Made by a program: the position numbers and the translations under genes. A stretch of 26,281 bases of DNA, from positions 9,839 to 36,119 of the forward strand of contig PFAI01000025.1 in the NCBI GenBank assembly GCA_002763225.1, written 5' to 3'. The DNA comes from Candidatus Diapherotrites archaeon CG10_big_fil_rev_8_21_14_0_10_31_34. Its GTDB lineage: Archaea > Iainarchaeota > Iainarchaeia > Iainarchaeales > 1-14-0-10-31-34. The notes beneath the pieces were generated by a model. It did no database searches, was not told the origin of the DNA, and saw only the letters and a program-made list of their open reading frames with translations. The stretch's first letter is position 1. Each line of letters begins with the position of its first letter. This document shows, in pieces, positions 16,565 to 25,969 of the stretch.

Positions 16565-17158
16565 ATGGACGGAATTAATAATCATCAATTAACTAAAAAA
16601 GAAAGAAAAGAACTGAAAAAAAAACTGAGAAAAGAAAGAGAAGAAAATGAACTTAAAGCAAATGACAGAAACAAAACAACAAAAAAAATAATTAAAATAG
16701 GGGTTGCTGCTTTAATTTTGATTTTTATTGGTGCTTTTGTAATCCAAACAATTTCAGTGAGTACTCCTGACTCAAGAGGTTCTGGAACAATAAAAATTAC
16801 TCCTGAAGTAAAGGACTTTGGGAATGTTAGTGTTGGGCAAGGCACTGTAAGCACTTCAATGGAAATAATTAATGAAGGAAAAGGAAAGCTTACATTGACC
16901 GGATTAAAATCTTCCTGCATGTGCACTAGTGCAGTAGTAGTAATTGATGGAATTGAAAGCCCTGTTTTTGGAATGCATAGCAATCCTGTCTGGTCTAAAT
17001 CAATTGAACCAGGACAAAAAGCCCAGTTAAAAATTTTTTATGACCCTGCTGCTCATCCGGATTTAAGAGGAGCAGTAACAAGAATTGTTTCAATTTATTC
17101 TAATGATCCATTAAACCCAGAGAAAATTGTCAGAATTAATGTCAATCAGGTGTCATAA
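16565..17158 (+). CDS. DUF1573 (Ig-like) membrane-anchored protein
   Basis: TM; DFGNV..INEGKGKL..SSCMCT..IEPGQ..IYSND. Confidence 0.8.
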   Translation: MDGINNHQLTKKERKELKKKLRKEREENELKANDRNKTTKKIIKIGVAALILIFIGAFVIQTISVSTPDSRGSGTIKITPEVKDFGNVSVGQGTVSTSMEIINEGKGKLTLTGLKSSCMCTSAVVVIDGIESPVFGMHSNPVWSKSIEPGQKAQLKIFYDPAAHPDLRGAVTRIVSIYSNDPLNPEKIVRINVNQVS

Positions 17159-17161
17159 AAA

Positions 17162-17575
17162 ATGAATGAAAAAGTTTTTTTTGTTTTGATTATTTCTTTA
17201 ATTATTTTTTCTGGATGTATTTCCGCCGGCCAGCCAGAACCAGAAAACAAGAAGCCTTCAATAGAAATTACTCCAAAAAGTTTTGATTTTGGGACTGTTC
17301 CAAACGAAAAAATTGAAAAAGTTTTTTTTGTTAAAAACACTGGAAAAGGATTTTTGGAAATCCTTGGGGTAAGCACTTCCTGCGGCTGCACTAAAGGAAC
17401 AATAAACAAAAAATTAATTAAGTCAGGAGAAACAGCTGAACTGCTTGTTTCAATTGATCCTGATTTGATGGGCGAAAAAGTTGTGGGCAAAATTGAAAGA
17501 ATTGTTTATGTCAAAAGCAATGATTCTGATAATCCTGAAATTGAAATTGAATTAACTGCAAATATTCTGGAGTGA
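17162..17575 (+). CDS. DUF1573 (Ig-like) lipoprotein
   Basis: Lipobox-like FSGC; FDFGTV..KNTG..TSCGCT..KSND. Confidence 0.82.
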   Translation: MNEKVFFVLIISLIIFSGCISAGQPEPENKKPSIEITPKSFDFGTVPNEKIEKVFFVKNTGKGFLEILGVSTSCGCTKGTINKKLIKSGETAELLVSIDPDLMGEKVVGKIERIVYVKSNDSDNPEIEIELTANILE

Positions 17576-17579
17576 AAAA

Positions 17580-18788
17580 ATGAAAATTAAATTTATTGCA
17601 TTGTTTTTGGTTTTATTGTTTTTGCCTGCATTTTCTTTTGCCGCAAATTATGAAAATGCAGTAATTTATTACAACAAAGCATGTCATGGATGCACAATGT
17701 ATATTGAAGATAATATTGAGCCGTTGCTTGAAAGCCATGGAATTAAAATTGAAAAAAAAGATTTTATCAGCGAAAAAGAAAACAGAATTGAATTAAATGA
17801 GTTAAGCAGGCAGTTAGGTATTCCCCCCCAGCTTCAGGGGCATTTCACTATTATTATTGGCAACAAAATTATTCTGGAAGGACACGTTCCTGAAGAAATA
17901 ATTGAATATCTTTTGGAATCAGAAAACGAGTTTGAAAAAATAATTGTTTTTCAGGATGAAATGGATAACGCGGAAAATTATAAAGCATGGGCTTTCAAAG
18001 GAGAATTAAAAGAATACAAAATTGATGAACCTATTTCAGCTTATTTAAACTGGTTTAATGAAAATAAAGATTCTTTGGAAACCCCAAAAGAACTGCTTTC
18101 GGATTCACTGGATTTCTGGCAGCTTCTGCCCCTGGTTTTGATTACAGGCTTATTGGATGGAATTAATCCTTGCGCTTTTGGAGTGTTATTGTTTTTCATT
18201 GCATTTCTTTATTCAATGAACCGGTCAAAAATGGAAGTATGGAAAGTCGGAAGCGTGTTTATTTTAGCGATTTTTGTTGCATATTTTTTGATTGGATTAG
18301 GTTTGCTTCAGGCAATATTAATTACAGGCATTCCCCACTTGTTTGGAAAAATCAGCGTGTTTTTAATGCTGTTTTTGGCTTTAATTAATTTTAAGGATTA
18401 CTTTTTTTATGGGAAATGGTTTAGCCTGAAAATGCCTTCTTTTGCTACTCCAATAATAAAAAAAAGAATGACAAACATAACTCTTGTTTCTGTTGCAGTG
18501 CTTGGTTTTCTGGTTGGTTTATGCACTTTTCCCTGCAGCGGGGGAATTTATATAGGAATACTTTCTTTGCTTGCAATCCAGACAACTTTTATGCAGGGAA
18601 TGGCTTTCCTTGTAATCTATAATATAATGTTTGTTGTTCCCCTGATAATAATTTTATTGGTTGCAGGAAACAAAAAAGTAACAGAAAAAATAACTGAATG
18701 GGAAAAAGAAAACAAAAGAAAAATGAAGCTAGTGATGGGAATTGTATTGCTTGTTTTGGCGGCAATACTTTTTCTTTTTGCTTTTTAG
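17580..18788 (+). CDS. Thioredoxin-like (CxxC) plus CcdA/DsbD transmembrane thiol-redox fusion protein
   Basis: Signal peptide, ACHGC, TM domain with DGINPCAF and LCTFPCSGGIY. Confidence 0.85.
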   Translation: MKIKFIALFLVLLFLPAFSFAANYENAVIYYNKACHGCTMYIEDNIEPLLESHGIKIEKKDFISEKENRIELNELSRQLGIPPQLQGHFTIIIGNKIILEGHVPEEIIEYLLESENEFEKIIVFQDEMDNAENYKAWAFKGELKEYKIDEPISAYLNWFNENKDSLETPKELLSDSLDFWQLLPLVLITGLLDGINPCAFGVLLFFIAFLYSMNRSKMEVWKVGSVFILAIFVAYFLIGLGLLQAILITGIPHLFGKISVFLMLFLALINFKDYFFYGKWFSLKMPSFATPIIKKRMTNITLVSVAVLGFLVGLCTFPCSGGIYIGILSLLAIQTTFMQGMAFLVIYNIMFVVPLIIILLVAGNKKVTEKITEWEKENKRKMKLVMGIVLLVLAAILFLFAF

Positions 18789-18800
18789 GAGGACAATAAC

Positions 18801-18947
18801 ATGAATGAATGCTTTTATTGCAGGAAAAAAACTGAAAACGTTTTAGAAAAAGACGGAAAAAAATTTTGTTCAGAAGAATGCATTAAAGAATACAATAAAA
18901 AACTGGAAAAAATGCTTGAAGGAAAAAATACCTGTGAGTTCTGCTGA
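18801..18947 (+). CDS. 48-aa TRASH/YHS-like metal-binding protein, absent from the ORF track
   Basis: SD GGAGG upstream; translates MNECFYCRKKTENVLEKDGKKFCSEECIKEYNKKLEKMLEGKNTCEFC; fills the operon gap. Confidence 0.8.
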   Translation: MNECFYCRKKTENVLEKDGKKFCSEECIKEYNKKLEKMLEGKNTCEFC

Positions 18948-18962
18948 AGGAGTTAATCAGGA

Positions 18963-19526
18963 ATGAATTCTCTGAAAGAAAAAAAACATTATTTTTTTGG
19001 ATTGCTTGCATTTCTCGGAATGATTGCGTTTTATTTTGCCATTCTGATTATTGCTAATTCATTTGAACATGCTTTAAGTGAATTCCAGAGAATCTGGTAT
19101 TTTATTTTATTTATTTCAGTTGGTTTTGGGGTTCAGACTGCGTTGTATTTTTACATAAAAAATTTTTTGATTAATTCTTCTGCAAAAGCCAGTGTTGCCG
19201 GGTCAGCCGGAGTTTCAGGCGTGTCAATGGCTGCCTGTTGTGCGCATCATTTAACAGATTTTTTGGCGGTATTAGGGTTATCTGTTTTTGCTGTTTTGTT
19301 AAGCCAATATCAGGTTTCATTAATGCTTGTGGCAGTTTTTTCTAATCTGCTTGGAGCAATTTACATGCTTTCGGTAATTAAAAAACATAATTTAATCAGA
19401 CAGGAAACTGTTTTATTGAAAAAAATAATTTCAGTTGATCTGGATAAATCATTTAACTTGTTTTTAGTGATTGGGCTGGCTTTGATTGTTTTATCAGTTA
19501 TTTATTCTTTTAATGGAGTAAATTAA
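18963..19526 (+). CDS. Multi-TM membrane protein with MAACCAHH metal-binding motif
   Basis: 4-5 hydrophobic helices; SMAACCAHHL; SD GGAG. Confidence 0.75.
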   Translation: MNSLKEKKHYFFGLLAFLGMIAFYFAILIIANSFEHALSEFQRIWYFILFISVGFGVQTALYFYIKNFLINSSAKASVAGSAGVSGVSMAACCAHHLTDFLAVLGLSVFAVLLSQYQVSLMLVAVFSNLLGAIYMLSVIKKHNLIRQETVLLKKIISVDLDKSFNLFLVIGLALIVLSVIYSFNGVN

Positions 19527-19541
19527 AAAAGAGGTGAAAAA

Positions 19542-19880
19542 ATGCAGGCAAATGAATTAGCAATGTATGGTTTGATTTTCTTTGGCATAATATTATCAGG
19601 CATGGCTTTAATGAATTTAAATCAGGTACAGCATAAAACGGTAATTTCAACTGATGAGAAAGGAGTTGTCCTGAAAACAGAAGAAAACCAAAAAATATTT
19701 GAAGAACAAGCAATTGAACTTGACTCGAAATGCGGGGATTTGGAAGACAAGGAAAACATCCAGCATTTAAGCCATCATCCGGGCATGTATATGGAATGCC
19801 TTGAACAGGTTGATTCAGAAAAACTAATGGAAGCAACAGGAAAAACTTTAGAAGAAATTTTAGGGCAAAATTTTAATTAA
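19542..19880 (+). CDS. Membrane-anchored hypothetical protein with C...HLSHHPGMYMEC motif
   Basis: SD GAGGTG; N-terminal TM; His/Met/Cys cluster. Confidence 0.7.
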   Translation: MQANELAMYGLIFFGIILSGMALMNLNQVQHKTVISTDEKGVVLKTEENQKIFEEQAIELDSKCGDLEDKENIQHLSHHPGMYMECLEQVDSEKLMEATGKTLEEILGQNFN

Positions 19881-19895
19881 AAAGGAGGAAAAAAC

Positions 19896-20312
19896 ATGAA
19901 AACAATAACCATTGGGGCAATAATTTTACTGCTTTTATTAGTTGGATGCGTTAACACTGAACCCAAAGCCCAAACAATAAAAGAAAAAGATAAACAAAAC
20001 AATGAACAAAAAATCAGTTTTACTGATATTTCTGCTCAAGAACTAAAACAAAAGCTTGAAAACAAGGATTTCTTTTTATTGGATGTTCATGTTCCTGAAC
20101 AGGAACACATTAAAGGAACAGATGAATTCATTGCATTTGACAAGATAGAAGAAAACATTGACAAGCTTCCAAAAAACAAGGAAACCCTAATTGTAGTTTA
20201 CTGCAGAAGCGGAAACATGAACATAACTGCATCAGAAAAATTAGTTGAATTAGGGTACAAAAATGTGATGAATCTTGAAGGCGGAATAAAAGCTTTTAAT
20301 TCATTGGAATAA
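19896..20312 (+). CDS. Rhodanese-like lipoprotein
   Basis: SD GGAGG; lipobox LVGC; LLDV..HIKGT..VYCRSG..NLEGG. Confidence 0.88.
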   Translation: MKTITIGAIILLLLLVGCVNTEPKAQTIKEKDKQNNEQKISFTDISAQELKQKLENKDFFLLDVHVPEQEHIKGTDEFIAFDKIEENIDKLPKNKETLIVVYCRSGNMNITASEKLVELGYKNVMNLEGGIKAFNSLE

Positions 20313-20339
20313 TAAAAAAAATGTTTTTAGGATGAAAAA

Positions 20340-20765
20340 TTGAATAAAAAAATAAAATATTCTGTAATTGGATTAATGATTTCAATAGTCTTTTTCTTGA
20401 TTATGGGTACTCCGACTGCATTAATTTCAACTCCTTTAATTAAATATTCAAGAATGATTCCTGCAACATTTTTAGATTACTTTTTTTTAATTACAACTTC
20501 GGTTCTGCTTGGAACTTTAATTTCATTAAAACTTTACTTTAACTCAAAAGAAAAATCAGAGTATAAAGCAGCAGCAGGAGGGATAGCGGGATTTATTGCT
20601 TTTAGTTGCCCTATATGCAATGTACTGCTTGTTTCAGCATTAGGTTCTGCTACAATCATGACTTTTATTGAGCCATTAAGGCCTGTTCTGGGAATTGCAT
20701 CAATAATAATTTTAATTTATCTGATTTACAGAGAATTAACCTGCAAAAAGTGTAAAAAAAGTTAA
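20340..20765 (+). CDS. Four-TM membrane protein with CPIC and C-terminal CKKC
   Basis: TTG start; FSCPICN inside a hydrophobic segment. Confidence 0.7.
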   Translation: MNKKIKYSVIGLMISIVFFLIMGTPTALISTPLIKYSRMIPATFLDYFFLITTSVLLGTLISLKLYFNSKEKSEYKAAAGGIAGFIAFSCPICNVLLVSALGSATIMTFIEPLRPVLGIASIIILIYLIYRELTCKKCKKS

Positions 20766-20786
20766 TGAAATAAAAAAAGTTAATTT

Positions 20787-21218
20787 CTAATGTTTGTGCC
20801 CTGAAAAGTTTTTCTTGAATGAGTCAGCGCAATGAGAACAGCAGAAAACAGTTTCTTTTCCTTTAATTTTTTCTTTATATCCTCCTTTGAATATTTCGCA
20901 TCCGCAGTGAGCGCACTTTGAAAGATTTGGTTCAATAGCCAGTTCAACTAAATCGCCAAACCTTGAAAGCATTGTCTGGCAGAACTTTTTCCCTAAAGAG
21001 GTTAAAACATAAATCTTTTTTTCACGTTTTCCCTCAGATTTTATTTTAATATAGTTTTCTTTCTGGAGCTTTGCAAGAAAAGGGTAAATTTGGCTTGCAG
21101 AAACTTTTCTTCCCATTTTTTTTTCCACGGTTTTAATCAAATCATAGCCGTGTTTAGGGCCTTCAAACAACAGTATAAGAGAATAAAATTTCACTAAATT
21201 ATCCACTTTTACTTCCAT
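20787..21218 (-). CDS. PadR-family regulator fused to a C-terminal TRASH-like metal-binding domain
   Basis: PKHGYDL..SQIYPFL..KKIYVLT; CAHCGC...FCCSHC. Start re-called at ATG 21218. Confidence 0.87.
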   Translation of the reverse strand: MEVKVDNLVKFYSLILLFEGPKHGYDLIKTVEKKMGRKVSASQIYPFLAKLQKENYIKIKSEGKREKKIYVLTSLGKKFCQTMLSRFGDLVELAIEPNLSKCAHCGCEIFKGGYKEKIKGKETVFCCSHCADSFKKNFSGHKH

Positions 21219-21250
21219 AAATAAAATGTTATGCAAAAGATTTAAAAAAA

Positions 21251-21273
21251 GATATATCTTAATATGATATATC
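21251..21273. promoter_or_regulatory. GATATATC-N7-GATATATC candidate PadR operator in the divergent promoter
   Basis: Two palindromic octamers at 21251 and 21266, between padR and the copA operon. Confidence 0.6.
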
Positions 21274-21353
21274 GTAAAATGGTGTGTGGCTGAATAGATG
21301 ATAAAAAGAAAAAGAAATGCTGTTAATTTTGATTAATATTTGGGGGTAATAAG

Positions 21354-21599
21354 ATGGCTGAAAAATTAAATGAACTTGCATTGGGTTATTCCGGAGGAAT
21401 TGTTTCCGGTTTGGGAATGCTTTTGCTGGGGGTTTTTGGTAATTTTGGAGTTTATTCAGGAATGGCAGGAATGATGGAAGAAGGCCACATGTTTTTTTCT
21501 TTGACTCCTGTTGGAATAATTTTTGGGATAATTGAAGCAGGAGTAATGGGTTTTATTGCAGGCTATGTAATTGCTTTAGTTTACAATAAATTTGCCTGA
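21354..21599 (+). CDS. Small two-TM protein with MMEEGHM loop
   Basis: SD-like GGGGGT; Gly-rich hydrophobic helices; first gene of the copA operon. Confidence 0.7.
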   Translation: MAEKLNELALGYSGGIVSGLGMLLLGVFGNFGVYSGMAGMMEEGHMFFSLTPVGIIFGIIEAGVMGFIAGYVIALVYNKFA

Positions 21600-21624
21600 A
21601 GCTTTCTCTAAAAAAGGTGTTTTG

Positions 21625-22005
21625 ATGTATGGATACAAAAAAGAATTCAAGGGAAGTTTTGATGAGGCTTGTGAAAGAACAGTTGAAGAGCTAAAAAAAG
21701 AAGGCTTTGGGGTTTTAACTGAAATCAATGTAAAAGAAACCCTGAAAAAAAAATTAAACAAAGACTTTGATAATTATAAAATTTTAGGGGCCTGCAATCC
21801 GGCTTTTGCTTTCAAAGCATTGGATGCAGAAAAAGAAATTGGTTTATTGATGCCTTGCAATGTAATTGTATTTGAAGACAAAGGAAAAGTTTTTGTTTCA
21901 GCAGTTCTTCCAAGTAAAATGATGAATGCAGTGGAAAACAAAGAACTGGAAAAAATTGCAGTTGAAATAGAAGAAAAACTGAAAAAAGTTATTAATGGAG
22001 TATAA
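21625..22005 (+). CDS. DUF302 domain protein (start re-called at ATG 21625)
   Basis: [34 protein letters not shown]. Confidence 0.88.
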   Translation: MYGYKKEFKGSFDEACERTVEELKKEGFGVLTEINVKETLKKKLNKDFDNYKILGACNPAFAFKALDAEKEIGLLMPCNVIVFEDKGKVFVSAVLPSKMMNAVENKELEKIAVEIEEKLKKVINGV

Positions 22006-22006
22006 A

Positions 22007-25000
22007 ATGAAAGCAATTGACCCTGTCTGCGGAATGACAGTAGAAAAAGAAAAAGCCAAATTCAAGACAGTTAAAGAAGGAAAAGAATATTTTTTTTGCT
22101 CTAAAAACTGTTTTGATAAATTCACTGGAAAAGAAAAAGCAACAGAACATAAACATTTCATTGATTCTGATTCAAAAGAAAAAAATCATGCTTCAAAAGA
22201 AATCACAGACTCTTCTTCAAAAGAAACTTCTTCTGTTTCAAGGGAAACAATTTTGATTAAAGACATGCATTGTGCTTCCTGTGCATTAACAATAGAAAAA
22301 TCTTTAAAAAAAATTGATGGAGTTAAATCTGCTAATGTTAATTTTGCTACTGAAAAAGCAGTGGTTGAATTTGATAAAAATACAGTTAGCAGGGAAAAGT
22401 TTGAGGAAACAATTGAAAAAGCAGGATACGGCATAATAAAAGAAGAAAAAGAGTTTGGGAAAAACAAAGTTGTATTAAAAGTTCATGGAATGGATTCTCA
22501 GCATTGTGCAGGAATAATTGAAGACACATTAAAAAAAATTGATGGAGTGAAAAGCTATCAAACTAATCTGACAACACAAAAAGCAACTGTTTTGTTTGAT
22601 TCTTCTGCTGTAAAAGTAAGTGATTTGATTAAGGCAATCGGGAATGCAGGTTATGAAACAGAAAAATATGCGCCAACTGATATTGAAAGAGATGCAAGGC
22701 AAAAAGAAATTAAAGAATATAAAAACAAGTTTCTTTTGTCGATTGCCTTGTCTTTGCCTTTAATGTATTTAATGTTTTCAAATTTTTTTGCTTTGCCTGT
22801 TCCTGAAACAATTCTTGAAAATGAGGTATTGATTCAGTTATTGCTTGCAACTCTTGTGATGTGGATCGGAAAAAAGTTTTTTATTTCAGGTTTCAAGGCT
22901 TTAATTCTGAACAGGAACCCTAACATGGATTCTCTTGTAGCAATTGGGGTTGGTTCTGCTTACAGTTTCAGCTTAATTGCATCAATAATGATTTTTTCCG
23001 GTTCAGCTTTGTTTACTTCAATGGACTTGTATTTTGAAGTAGCAGCTTTTTTGATTGCATTTATTTTATTGGGAAAATATTTTGAAGCATTGGCTAAAGG
23101 AAAAACTTCTGAAGCAATAAAAAAGTTAATGGGCTTGCAGGCAAAAACTGCTTTAGTGGAAAGAAACAAAAAAGAAACTGAAATCCCAATAGAAGAGGTT
23201 TTGATTGGAGATATTGTTATTGTTAAGCCCGGAGCAAAAATTCCTGTTGATGGAAAACTTGTTTTTGGTCATTCAAGTGTTGATGAAAGCATGGTTACAG
23301 GAGAAAGCATTCCGGTTGAAAAAAACATTAATGATTTGGTTATTGGAGCAACAATAAACATGACAGGAAGCTTTAAATTCAGGGCAGAAAAAGTTGGTGA
23401 AGAAACTGTTTTATCCCAGATAATTAAGTTTGTTGAAGATGCTCAGGCAAGCAAGGCTCCAATACAGGAATTGGGAGACAAAATTGCTTCAGTTTTTGTT
23501 CCTGCTGTAATGGCAATAGCAATTATTTCTGCTTTATTGTGGTTTTTTGTTTTTGGCCAGGGATTTTTGTTTTCTTTAACTATTTTTATTAGCGTAATGA
23601 TTATTGCTTGTCCTTGTGCTATTGGCTTGGCTACCCCTACTGCTGTAATGGTTGGAACTGGATTAGGAGCAGAGCACGGGATTTTGATTAAGAATGCTTC
23701 AGCACTTCAGAAAGCAGGAGAAATTAATGCAGTTGTTTTTGATAAAACCGGTACTTTAACTAAAGGAAAACCTGAAGTAACAGACATTATTTCTTTAAAC
23801 GGATTCAAAGAAAAAGAAATTTTAGAGATTGCTGCTGCAGTTGAAAACAAGTCAGAGCATCCTTTAGGTGAAGCAATAGTTAAAGCTGCAAAACAAAAAA
23901 AAATTAGTTTTGATGAACTAAAAGAATTTAATTCAGTCAGCGGAAAAGGAATTAAAGCAAGTTATAAAGGAAAAAACATTCTGCTTGGAAACAGGAAATT
24001 AATGGAAGAAAATAAAATTGAAGTAAGTGGACTGGAAAACTCTTTACAGGAACTTGAAAATAACGGAAAAACTGTTGTAATGCTTTCAGTTAACAATAAG
24101 CTTTCCGGAATAATTAGCGTTGCTGACACTTTAAAGGAAACTTCTTTTGATGCAGTAAAACAATTAAAGGAAATGCATTTGGATGTAATAATGATTTCAG
24201 GGGATAATGAAAGAACTGCAAGAGCAATCGGAGAAGAAACAGGAATTGAAAGAGTTTTTGCTGAAGTTTTGCCGGAAGAAAAAGCAGAAAAAATACTGGA
24301 GTTGCAAAAAGAAGGACGGTGTTTAATCCCGGGTTCATTAATATTTTCTAATCCAACCTTAAAAGAAATAGAAAAAGTAGACGTTGGGGATAAAGTTTTA
24401 TCATCAAATGGCAAAAGTCAAATAGTAAAAGAAGTTTTTAAAAGAAATTACGAAGGAGAAATTGTAAATATTAAAGCAGCTTATTTGCCTCAAGTTTCAA
24501 TGACCCCCGAACACCCTGTAAAAGTGTTTAGATATGAAAAAATTAAAAATAGAAAAAATATATACAGAAAATTCAATAGAGGATTCAAAGATTTTAATAA
24601 TTATTTAAACTGGGTGGAAGCAAAAAACTTGACTAATTCTGACTATGTAGTTTTCCCAAAATATAATGTGGAGGAAACCACAAGTTTAGACTTAACCAAA
24701 TACATATTAAATGAAAAATATTATAGGATAAATAAAAATCGAATTGTTTCCAGCCAAAACATATCTTTGCCTAAAATGATTGGCGTTAATCAAAAGTTCT
24801 TAGAGTTGTGTGGCTGGTATTTAGCAGAAGGCAGTGCAAACAATAAAATGGTTGAATTTTCTTTGTCTAGAAGAGAAAAAGTTCGTGCAAATAGAATTGG
24901 AAACTTGATTGAAAATATCTTTGGGGTTAGTCCGGTAATTGAAATAAGAGATAAAGAGATTAGAGTGAGAATAAAATCAAAACTTTTAGTTAGATTTTTT

Positions 25001-25771
25001 AGAGATCAATTTAATTCACACGCTAAGAACAAAAAGATTCCTATATGGATAACAAATGCGCCTAAATCTTATTTGTTTTCATTCTTAGAAGCTTATAGAT
25101 TTGGTGATGGACATTCTACAGATAAACTATGGATATTCAATACTGCATCAAGAATTTTAGCTAATCAATTGCTAATAGTCTTAAACAAGTTAGGGTATGT
25201 TGGGAGTTTAAATGAAAATAAAGGGGCAAGGCGTGGTAGCACGATGTATGTTGTAACAGTATCTAAAAATCCAAAAAGAAAGTATTATATTGAGAATAAG
25301 GATTTTTATTTACTTCCAATTAGAAAAAAAACAAAGTCTAAATATAAAGGAAAAGTTTATAATCTTGAAACCGAAGACCATACCTATTCTGCTTTATTTG
25401 TAGTACACAATTGTGTAGGTGCTGTGGGGGACGGGATAAACGACGCTCCAATGTTGGCTCAGGCAGACATTGGAATTGCAATTGGTTCCGGAACTGATGT
25501 AGCAATTGAAACAGGCGGCATTATTTTAGTTAAAAATGATTTAAGGGACGTGGTTAAAGCAATTAAGTTAAGCAGGCATTCAATGAATAAAATAAAACAG
25601 AATTTTTTTTGGGCTTTTGCTTATAATCTAATAGGAATCCCTGTTGCTGCAGGGATATTGTTTCCTTTTACCGGAATTTTGTTGAGCCCTGTTATTGCAG
25701 GAACTGCAATGGCTTTCAGCTCAGTTTCAGTTGTAACTAATTCTCTTTTATTAAAGAATGCAAAAATTTAG
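22007..25771 (+). CDS. copA: Cu(I)-translocating P1B-type ATPase with YHS and two HMA domains, interrupted by an intein
   Basis: DPVCGM..FCSKNC (YHS), MHCASC, degenerate [43 protein letters not shown] before ATG 22007. Confidence 0.95.
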   Translation: MKAIDPVCGMTVEKEKAKFKTVKEGKEYFFCSKNCFDKFTGKEKATEHKHFIDSDSKEKNHASKEITDSSSKETSSVSRETILIKDMHCASCALTIEKSLKKIDGVKSANVNFATEKAVVEFDKNTVSREKFEETIEKAGYGIIKEEKEFGKNKVVLKVHGMDSQHCAGIIEDTLKKIDGVKSYQTNLTTQKATVLFDSSAVKVSDLIKAIGNAGYETEKYAPTDIERDARQKEIKEYKNKFLLSIALSLPLMYLMFSNFFALPVPETILENEVLIQLLLATLVMWIGKKFFISGFKALILNRNPNMDSLVAIGVGSAYSFSLIASIMIFSGSALFTSMDLYFEVAAFLIAFILLGKYFEALAKGKTSEAIKKLMGLQAKTALVERNKKETEIPIEEVLIGDIVIVKPGAKIPVDGKLVFGHSSVDESMVTGESIPVEKNINDLVIGATINMTGSFKFRAEKVGEETVLSQIIKFVEDAQASKAPIQELGDKIASVFVPAVMAIAIISALLWFFVFGQGFLFSLTIFISVMIIACPCAIGLATPTAVMVGTGLGAEHGILIKNASALQKAGEINAVVFDKTGTLTKGKPEVTDIISLNGFKEKEILEIAAAVENKSEHPLGEAIVKAAKQKKISFDELKEFNSVSGKGIKASYKGKNILLGNRKLMEENKIEVSGLENSLQELENNGKTVVMLSVNNKLSGIISVADTLKETSFDAVKQLKEMHLDVIMISGDNERTARAIGEETGIERVFAEVLPEEKAEKILELQKEGRCLIPGSLIFSNPTLKEIEKVDVGDKVLSSNGKSQIVKEVFKRNYEGEIVNIKAAYLPQVSMTPEHPVKVFRYEKIKNRKNIYRKFNRGFKDFNNYLNWVEAKNLTNSDYVVFPKYNVEETTSLDLTKYILNEKYYRINKNRIVSSQNISLPKMIGVNQKFLELCGWYLAEGSANNKMVEFSLSRREKVRANRIGNLIENIFGVSPVIEIRDKEIRVRIKSKLLVRFFRDQFNSHAKNKKIPIWITNAPKSYLFSFLEAYRFGDGHSTDKLWIFNTASRILANQLLIVLNKLGYVGSLNENKGARRGSTMYVVTVSKNPKRKYYIENKDFYLLPIRKKTKSKYKGKVYNLETEDHTYSALFVVHNCVGAVGDGINDAPMLAQADIGIAIGSGTDVAIETGGIILVKNDLRDVVKAIKLSRHSMNKIKQNFFWAFAYNLIGIPVAAGILFPFTGILLSPVIAGTAMAFSSVSVVTNSLLLKNAKI
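24320..25411 (+). mobile_element. 364-aa intein with LAGLIDADG endonuclease domain inside copA
   Basis: Block A CLIPGSLI, block B MTPEHP, blocks [10 protein letters not shown] and EAYRFGDG, block [12 protein letters not shown], block G VVHN/C(+1). Confidence 0.95.
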
Positions 25772-25792
25772 AAACCCTTTGCCAGGAACCCT

Positions 25793-25915
25793 GCTAAAAA
25801 GAGGCATTAAAACTTTTGGTTTTGCCGGAAAGGAGGTATCGGAACCGCAGGTTCTGATTTGGCAAGCCGTTTATGGGAAACAAACTCGGCGGGTTTTAAC
25901 CCTCTGTAGTTTAGC
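25793..25915 (+). ncRNA. Putative structured RNA element (three-way junction) downstream of copA
   Basis: Nested pairings GCTAAA/TTTAGC, AGAGG/CCTCT, TTAAAACTT/GGGTTTTAA, with arms TTGCCGG/TTGGCAA plus ATCGGAACC/GGTTCTGAT, and GCCG/CGGC. Confidence 0.45.
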
Positions 25916-25969
25916 TGAAAACCATTAATTTTAAGGCATTAACACAATATAATATTGCAGGCAATAAAT

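Noticed and set aside
1334..24414. Many antisense or alternative-frame ORFs (e.g. 1334..1741, 3723..4151, 10938..11426, 16585..16983, 23962..24414)
   Set aside because: They are shadows of well-supported genes, with Phe/Ser/Ile-rich composition and no motifs.
25793..25915. 5S rRNA, SRP RNA or an HDV/hammerhead ribozyme
   Set aside because: The size resembles 5S, but loop C (CCGAAC) and loop E are missing; there is no SRP helix-8 consensus and no complete ribozyme core.
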